A DNA stretch of 55,352 nt, the filler included, from Squatina squatina (Eukaryota), in the NCBI GenBank assembly GCA_031763465.1. It is 3 parts of 3 records of this genome, joined end to end, with 100 filler letters (N's around TTAATTAATTAA, not from the genome) between each part and the next. Parts side by side here need not be neighbours in the genome. Positions count along the whole stretch, not along the records: positions 38,814 to 55,352 come from JARFOE010000013.1; 2 more parts are not named here. The stretch is one strand, 5' to 3'. Both the position numbers and the translations under genes were made by a program. The notes under the pieces are model-generated. The model ran no database searches, was not told where the DNA came from, and saw only the letters and a list, made by a program, of their open reading frames with translations. Each line of letters opens with the position of its first letter. Position 1 is the stretch's first letter. This document shows, piece by piece, positions 49,423 to 55,352 of this stretch.

Positions 49423-50741
49423 NNNNNNNNNNNNNNNNNNNNNNNNNNNNNNNNNNNNNNNNNNNNNNNNNNNNNNNNNNNNNNNNNNNNNNNNNNNNNN
49501 NNNNNNNNNNNNNNNNNNNNNNTATTCCTAAACATAGAACAAATACAATTCTAGGTAATTCAGAAGAGGGAAGAGAAAAAGACGTGAAAACAGAAGGAAC
49601 AAGATTAATGATAGTTTTCTGTTCATTACCAGATCATGTGGAAAATATGAAAATGTTGCAATAATAATATTTAGGAAATAAACTCTTCAGCTACCGCAAT
49701 ATTCAGATTTCACTTCAGTTGCGTAGTTAGCCAAATTTCAACGGTAAATTTCCAAACTATCAAGGTCCAATTAAGCACTATCGCATAGAAAAATCAGGAA
49801 GAATCCTCAAACAATACCAATTTAAGCTGCAATTACTGAATCTTTTAAGCATTGAAGCTATGTCATGTATGGTTCTATATGGTTACTTCTCCTCCCAAGC
49901 CAAATAAATGTGTGCTATCAAAAGAATCAAAGTACAGCCCTAGTCTCCGAGCAGCCACCTTCGGGTTTGACATCAAATCTGCGTTGCACACTCACTGACA
50001 TCACGATCCGTCTCATCTAAATATCTGGAGCAAGCGCAGGCAACAGCAGCGCTACCGGCCTCCCTAAAATGGCAGCTGCCACAGGACCCGCCGAAAGCGT
50101 GGCAGCCATCATCTTTTCAGCACAACCAGCCGGCACAAAACCTCCAAATCTCGCAATTAAGTCGGAGATTGTTGGACTCTTGGAAATGAAGATTCGTTAC
50201 CTTCTAAATTGTTGCAAGTCTGTTTTAATGACTACTTGCTGTAATTTTCTTTATCCCATAAATGCTAAGGACACCAAGTTTAAGTTTTGATTTTTTTTAA
50301 TGCAATTATAGCTTAATTTACCATAGGATTTACAAGGCCCTGATTAGACAAAATAGGATATAGGAACTAACACAAACCAGATAAGGAATAAGCAAATATG
50401 TAAAAGTAGCACTCAGACAGCCGTACATGCACAATCTGCTTTACATTTGTGCATTGCAGGCCCACTTACCAAAACTGGGTTAGAAAAAAAAACTAGTTAA
50501 CAAAAGATTTCTCTAATGAGCAGTTTTTCCATATACATCTTTGCAAAAGAGGAGCTTTCAAATTTGCTAAATCATTCCTAGTGTTGTTCTGAAAAAAAGT
50601 TAAATTTAGTGCAATCTTAGGTTTTAACAGTACAACTTAATTAGCATTTACCTCAGATTAATATTTAAGAGTATGCAGTAGATAAAGTATTATGAGGTAA
50701 TTTAAAAATTAACCACAACATAGTATCTTAGACAGTGCCTC

Positions 50742-50904
50742 TTATTGCTGGTAGTATTGCTGCTGAGGGTAAGGGTATCCTGGCTGCTGAGGCTGCTGTG
50801 CACTTTGGAAAGGTGGCTGTCCAGGAGGCTGGTACATGTATGGCATGTTGTACTGGCCATACGCATACTGGCCATATGCCATTGGAATGGGCAGTGGGTA
50901 GTAC
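50742..50904 (-). CDS. PDCD6IP: ALIX terminal coding exon (Tyr/Pro/Gln-rich C-terminus)
   Basis: TTTTTCAG acceptor, phase-2 start, encoding YYPLPIPMAYGQYAYGQYNMPYMYQPPGQPPFQSAQQPQQPGYPYPQQQYYQQ* (TAA at 50742-50744). Matches the human ALIX end YCQMPMPMGYNPYAYGQYNMPY...YYPQQ. This frame is absent from the ORF track. Confidence 0.92.
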
Positions 50905-51377
50905 CTGAAAAATTAAACATGCAACATAAGAAAAAGAATCGGTCACTCGTCCAAGTCAAATCCCGCTCAACATTCATTTTCCTCTGAAAACGTAAAGCCA
51001 ATAGTAGCAGAATCAGTCACTCTCATCACTCTGCTCTGAACTCCCCCCAAAGCATCAATGTCTTTCTGAAGGTAGCATGCCAAAATGTGACCTAACTGCT
51101 GATCAATACAAGATCAGAATAACTTATTTTGTCATAGTCAAGTGCCCTCAAAATGTACATGATCTAGTTTTGGCACCAACAGATTCACAGACTGAAAACT
51201 TTGTGAATGATCAANNNNNNNNNNNNNNNNNNNNNNNNNNNNNNNNNNNNNNNNNNNNNNNNNNNNNNNNNNNNNNNNNNNNNNNNNNNNNNNNNNNNNN
51301 NNNNNNNNNNNNNNCCGTCCTCATTTCTAAACAAATCATCCGATTATGGCACTCTGTTATCTCTGGGGGACATGCAA

Positions 51378-51500
51378 TACATAGAAAATAGGAGCAGGAG
51401 TCGGCCATTCAGCCCTTCAAGCCTGCTCCGCCATTCACTATGATCATGGCTGATCATCCAAATTCAGTACCCTGTTCCTGCTTTCTCTCCATATCCCTTT
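51378..51500 (-). mobile_element. CR1 3' UTR/tail
   Basis: ACATAGAAAATAGGAGCAGGAGTCGGCCATTCAGCCCTTCAAGCCTGCTCCGCCATTC. Confidence 0.85.
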
Positions 51501-51851
51501 GCTATATAAAATAGCAAAACAAGTTGTTAATATCCTTAACCTCATGAAAAACAGGGAACAGCAAAATTGAGTTTTGCAAATACTTTCTGAAAAGAATTTG
51601 GGAGGTCCAGGTGAAATAAAATCCAGCAAATCAAGAGAAAACAGAGAAAGATGCCTCACTCCAGAAATCTGCACAAGAAACCTACAAGTGTATTGTATAA
51701 TACACGACACAATGAAACACACCGATGTAACTAGATTCTCCTTTGAACTATAAAAGGACAGAATCTTTTATCAAAAGTATTTGTTTCATTTGAAGTATAC
51801 TCATCACTCCTGTTTTTTTTATATAATCAATCTCAGGATTTGCTAAACCAC

Positions 51852-52130
51852 CTGAGGGCAGCAAAGAGTCAGCTACTTTGGTGTGGGATGTGATTCAAAG
51901 GCCAGATCAGGTACGGATGGCAGGTTTCATTTTCTAAAAGGAGTTTAGCGCACCAGTTAGGTTTTTGCGACAACTAGACAGCTTCATGGTCACTTTTACT
52001 GATACCAGCTTTATATTTCCAGATTTTCTTTCCCCCCAAAATGAATTTAAATTCTCAAACTGCCGTGGTATGATTTGAACTTGCATTCTCTGCATTAGTC
52101 CAGTAACATAGCCAACACACTACCGTACCC
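51852..52130 (-). mobile_element. tRNA-derived SINE
   Basis: Reverse complement starts GGGTACGGTAGTGTGTTGG (A-box-like) and has GTTCAAATC (B-box) about 50 nt in, followed by a ~200-nt body. Confidence 0.7.
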
Positions 52131-52972
52131 TATGAACTCTAAAGTGCAGCTAAGCACCGTCCTTCGATTATGTCAAGTTTTTCCAATTGACGCAGGTAGT
52201 GTTTCTGCTTTGGGTGCAGTCAGCGATTACTTGTGCCTATTTTGATAAGTGTTTTTTTTTAACTTCGAGTTTCTGCTCACTCATTTGCATATCGTCGACC
52301 GAAAAATCTGCCATGAACCAACACAATCAAGCAACATTTTAAAATGCAATTTATTTTTTAATTTTTTTTAAAAAGGCCTTCAAAAATACTCTTTCTTGTA
52401 CTTAATAGTAATTTGGTGCAGTTTGATTAATACAGCATTTTTAATTACAGTGTCAATGCACCACCCAATCTTAAATGACTGAAAATTACCTTAAAAAAAA
52501 TACAGAACCATTTGCTAGTTATATTGGGTTTTTTAGTAATTCTTTTTCAAGATTACATTCAAAAATCTATTATAACATGCCTAGTGTCTTTGTGCCCAAA
52601 ATGTACAGCTTAATTTTTAAAGCCTCCTCGAAGACCTGCAAACGAGCACAATAAGCAGAAACTCCCAATGGTGATTAATTGATCCTGGGGACGTAGACAG
52701 TCTTGTGGGTGGGGACGGATTCTAGCACACGTTTTTAAACTAGCGCAAAAGATTGCAGATTTGCACTAAACGTAATTTGGATTTAAAATTCCAAGATTTT
52801 TTTTGCATGGGTTGCACTGACTTCAGGTGAATTGTGCAGAAAAAAAGTGTGACTGAGCGGAAACTCTCCCCCCTGATGTTTATCTTAGCAACGTTTAAAC
52901 CAGTTTATATGCTTCAGGCTATAAAAGGTCTTAAATGCTGTTGATCATAAAGATTTTGATCAGTTTACTTAC

Positions 52973-53102
52973 AAATACAGTTCTGGGTGCAGGAGTTGGA
53001 ACAGCAGGGGTAACTCCTCCAATAGCAACAGCAGTCTGGTATGCAGGTGCTGCTGGAATATTAGGTGCACTGGGTTCTCTAGCTATGCTCTGCTGCAAAT
53101 CC
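52973..53102 (-). CDS. PDCD6IP: ALIX exon at the V-domain/proline-rich junction, containing the PSAP motif
   Basis: TTTTGCTAG acceptor and GTAAGT donor. Encodes DLQQSIAREPSAPNIPAAPAYQTAVAIGGVTPAVPTPAPRTVF, versus human DLQQSIAREPSAPSIPTPAYQ...PTPAPRTM. Confidence 0.95.
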
Positions 53103-53340
53103 CTAGCAAAACAAGAAAAAAGAAACATTAGCAACCTTAATATCCAAGCATTCCTTTATATTCGCCAAGTTCTGCAAAGTTTCACAAACGCATAAAACTA
53201 TAGATCAAAGCAAAGTTAAAAAAATTGGAGTGGAGGCAGCCACATGTGATGCCTCGAAACATCATGATGTCACCAAATGTATTAAAGCGGCTTCATCCCT
53301 TATGTGACTTTGACAGTAGGATGGGAGTTGCTACTAGCCC

Positions 53341-53616
53341 ATAGGAATATGGGAACAGGAATAGGCCATTCAGTCCCTCCAACCTGTTCTGCCATTCAAT
53401 GAGATCACGACTGATCTGTCTCTTAACTCGATCCTCCTACTTTAGCTCCATATCCTTTTATACCCTTGTCTACCAAAAATCTATCAATCTCAGAGATTTA
53501 GAATTATTAATTGAGCTAGCATCTACTGCTTTTTGTGGGAGTTTCCGAACTTCCCTCCTGAAAGGCCTTGCTCTGATTTTACGGTTATGTCCCCTTGTCC
53601 TAGACTCCCCCAACTG
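53341..53616 (-). mobile_element. CR1 LINE 3' end
   Basis: Reverse complement LGESRTRGHNRKIRARPFRREVR plus CR1 tail. Confidence 0.85.
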
Positions 53617-54650
53617 NNNNNNNNNNNNNNNNNNNNNNNNNNNNNNNNNNNNNNNNNNNNNNNNNNNNNNNNNNNNNNNNNNNNNNNNNNNNNNNNNNNN
53701 NNNNNNNNNNNNNNNNATATGTATGAAAGTTATTCAAGTTCATTTCTCTGAAGGTTGATGCAAAACTCTGATCGGTTAAGTATGAACACCAAAGATAAAT
53801 CTTAATGCTGCAGTTTTGTCAATGGAAAGAAAGATCCCACATAAACTGAACTTGGGCAGTCTCAATCTGCTCTAGTCAAGCATAGCATAAAACTGCATAC
53901 AATTTGACATAAGATGTAATCAACTTGCCAATCTTAGATACAAATCTTCATACTGATTGAGTAGTTGTTCTTCTGACACCGGAGTTATGGCATGTGCTTG
54001 GGAGCAGACGAGAGAGAACTTCACTACGTATCTGGTCATGCTTCATAGGAGTCTTGGGGATAAAACATTGTTTTGGCAACACCAAAGCTGCGCATCATGT
54101 TGGTGAACCAGGCCAAACAAAGTTTGAAAGCAAGAAAACTGATACAAAACGGTGAAGACAAATATTTCCAGAAAGCAAATGCTTAATTTTCACATGTCAT
54201 TAGTATGATTTTAAGGACTAGACCAGTCAGATGCATTTTCAGAGATGTGCAGAAGAACAATGCAGTGGTAATCATGGAAACTTACAACTGATAGCATAAG
54301 CAAAAAAAGTTTAGTAATTCCCAACATTTCCATTATTTAATGTTTAAGATGTACTATAATGTAAAAGACATCCAGGTCCACAATCCTGCCATTTTCTCTT
54401 AGGAGGGGCTACTGCAAACTTACTTGCAGAATATGAAGATGTACACAGCACCCTAATTTTATCGGGGACCAGTGTTGCAATATCACTGATTGTGCAGATA
54501 ATACAGAAATCCAAGAATTCCACATTTAAGGAGTGAAGATAATGCTAATCAGTTTCAGCAGCTGGATTTTGAAGGACAGAAATAGTTCCTGGCACACTGG
54601 AGTAGTACGTGTAAAATTTTAAAATGCAATTTCACAGTCCTTTCTTTTAC

Positions 54651-54762
54651 CTGTTCTTAGGGGTTTGTACAGTTCATTTGAAGGTGTCCTTTGCCAGCGC
54701 TCTTTAAATTTTGCTTTCAGTTCATTATCTGTGACTTCCTCTTGATCAAGTATTCTCAGTGC
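54651..54762 (-). CDS. PDCD6IP: ALIX V-domain exon
   Basis: AATTTTAG acceptor and GTAAAA donor. Encodes ALRILDQEEVTDNELKAKFKERWQRTPSNELYKPLRT, versus human SLRLLDEEEATDNDLRAKFKERWQRTPSNELYKPLRA. In phase with the upstream exon. Not in the ORF track. Confidence 0.95.
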
Positions 54763-55213
54763 CTAAAATTAAAATATTTTTCGACATAAAAAATTTAGTA
54801 CTGCATCAAGCACTATTCCATAAAGGCACAAAAGTCTGCAAATTATTTTTGGCATCAGAACAAATTCCTTTTTCAGCTATTACAACGGGAATTAACCTAT
54901 TTGAATTATGTTAACCCTGCAGTTACAAAAGTGGAATATCATACGAGGGTGTAAAGCTGTCTGTTATTATTGTTAACACTAACTTTGAACCCAAAATAAT
55001 GAAATGCTTGCACTAATATTTCCACACTAAACCTTTAAGATCTTGCAACACAAGCCTCTTTACTTGACCTCGCTTAAAAAAAAATTAAAAAGCAAACAGT
55101 TTATTCACATTAGTAAGATGTCCACATTTAGGAAGTCCCCATTTAGCAACCGAAGTTTCACATTTAAAAAACACAAACGTGAAGGAGAGAGAAAAAAAAG
55201 ATAAATAGGTTAC

Positions 55214-55352
55214 CTCATCGAGAATTTCTCTGTTTCTTTGCAGAAGTTCTGGAAGCTCCCTTATAAGTTCATCTATTGTCGGCAGACCTCCCTGCTGAAT
55301 CACACTTTTGGACTTCTCCAGGATAGACTGAGGAACGCTGTCTCCAGAAATA
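55214..55352 (-). CDS. PDCD6IP: ALIX V-domain exon (5' part outside window)
   Basis: ISGDSVPQSILEKSKSVIQQGGLPTIDELIRELPELLQRNREILDE followed by a GTAACC donor; matches human VSGDTVPQSILTKSRSVIEQGGIQTVDQLIKELPELLQRNREILDE. Confidence 0.95.

Noticed and set aside
52050-52130. tRNA gene
   Set aside because: A/B-box-like motifs are present but there is no cloverleaf, and it continues into a SINE body.
52935-53195. Plus-strand hydrophobic ORF (GAGVGTAGV...) resembling a membrane peptide, and the similar ORF at 50745-50987
   Set aside because: Both are antisense shadows of real PDCD6IP exons.
1-55352. Regularly spaced 100-N blocks and recurring ~40-60-bp motifs as a CRISPR-like array
   Set aside because: The N blocks are assembly gaps and the motifs are CR1/SINE tails in mixed orientation at irregular kb spacing. 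There are no cas genes and the DNA is vertebrate.
44905-55352. MMP16 and PDCD6IP as close convergent neighbours or a fusion
   Set aside because: Several unsized gaps intervene and the remaining MMP16 exons are absent, so the distance is meaningless.

Overview
Eukaryotic genomic DNA, almost certainly from a cartilaginous fish (shark/ray), judged from its DeuSINE/SacSINE1-like SINEs, abundant CR1 LINE fragments and vertebrate exons. It is a heavily fragmented draft. Contigs of about 1-4 kb are joined by placeholder 100-N gaps, and two artificial six-frame-stop linkers (N44-TTAATTAATTAA-N44 at 19449-19548 and 38714-38813) split the window into three probably unrelated pieces. Recognisable host coding sequence is limited to one COL11A1 exon (+), one gap-truncated MMP16 exon (+) and four PDCD6IP/ALIX exons (-); the intervening ALIX exons are missing. 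The rest is intronic or intergenic DNA rich in decayed mobile elements: CR1 and L2 LINEs, SINEs, a PIF/Harbinger transposase pseudogene, a spliced Harbinger Myb/SANT pseudogene, two 157-bp hAT MITEs, GC-rich hairpin MITEs, and Penelope-type terminal repeats with a minimal hammerhead-ribozyme-like core. There is also an orphan 5.8S rRNA fragment between 9-bp direct repeats. Most ORFs in the supplied track are spurious or read through N gaps. I see no CRISPR or prokaryotic system and no demonstrably new multi-gene system. The best leads are the hammerhead-like inverted repeat and the 5.8S insertion. Family names come from recalled sequence similarity, not database searches, and repeat boundaries are approximate.
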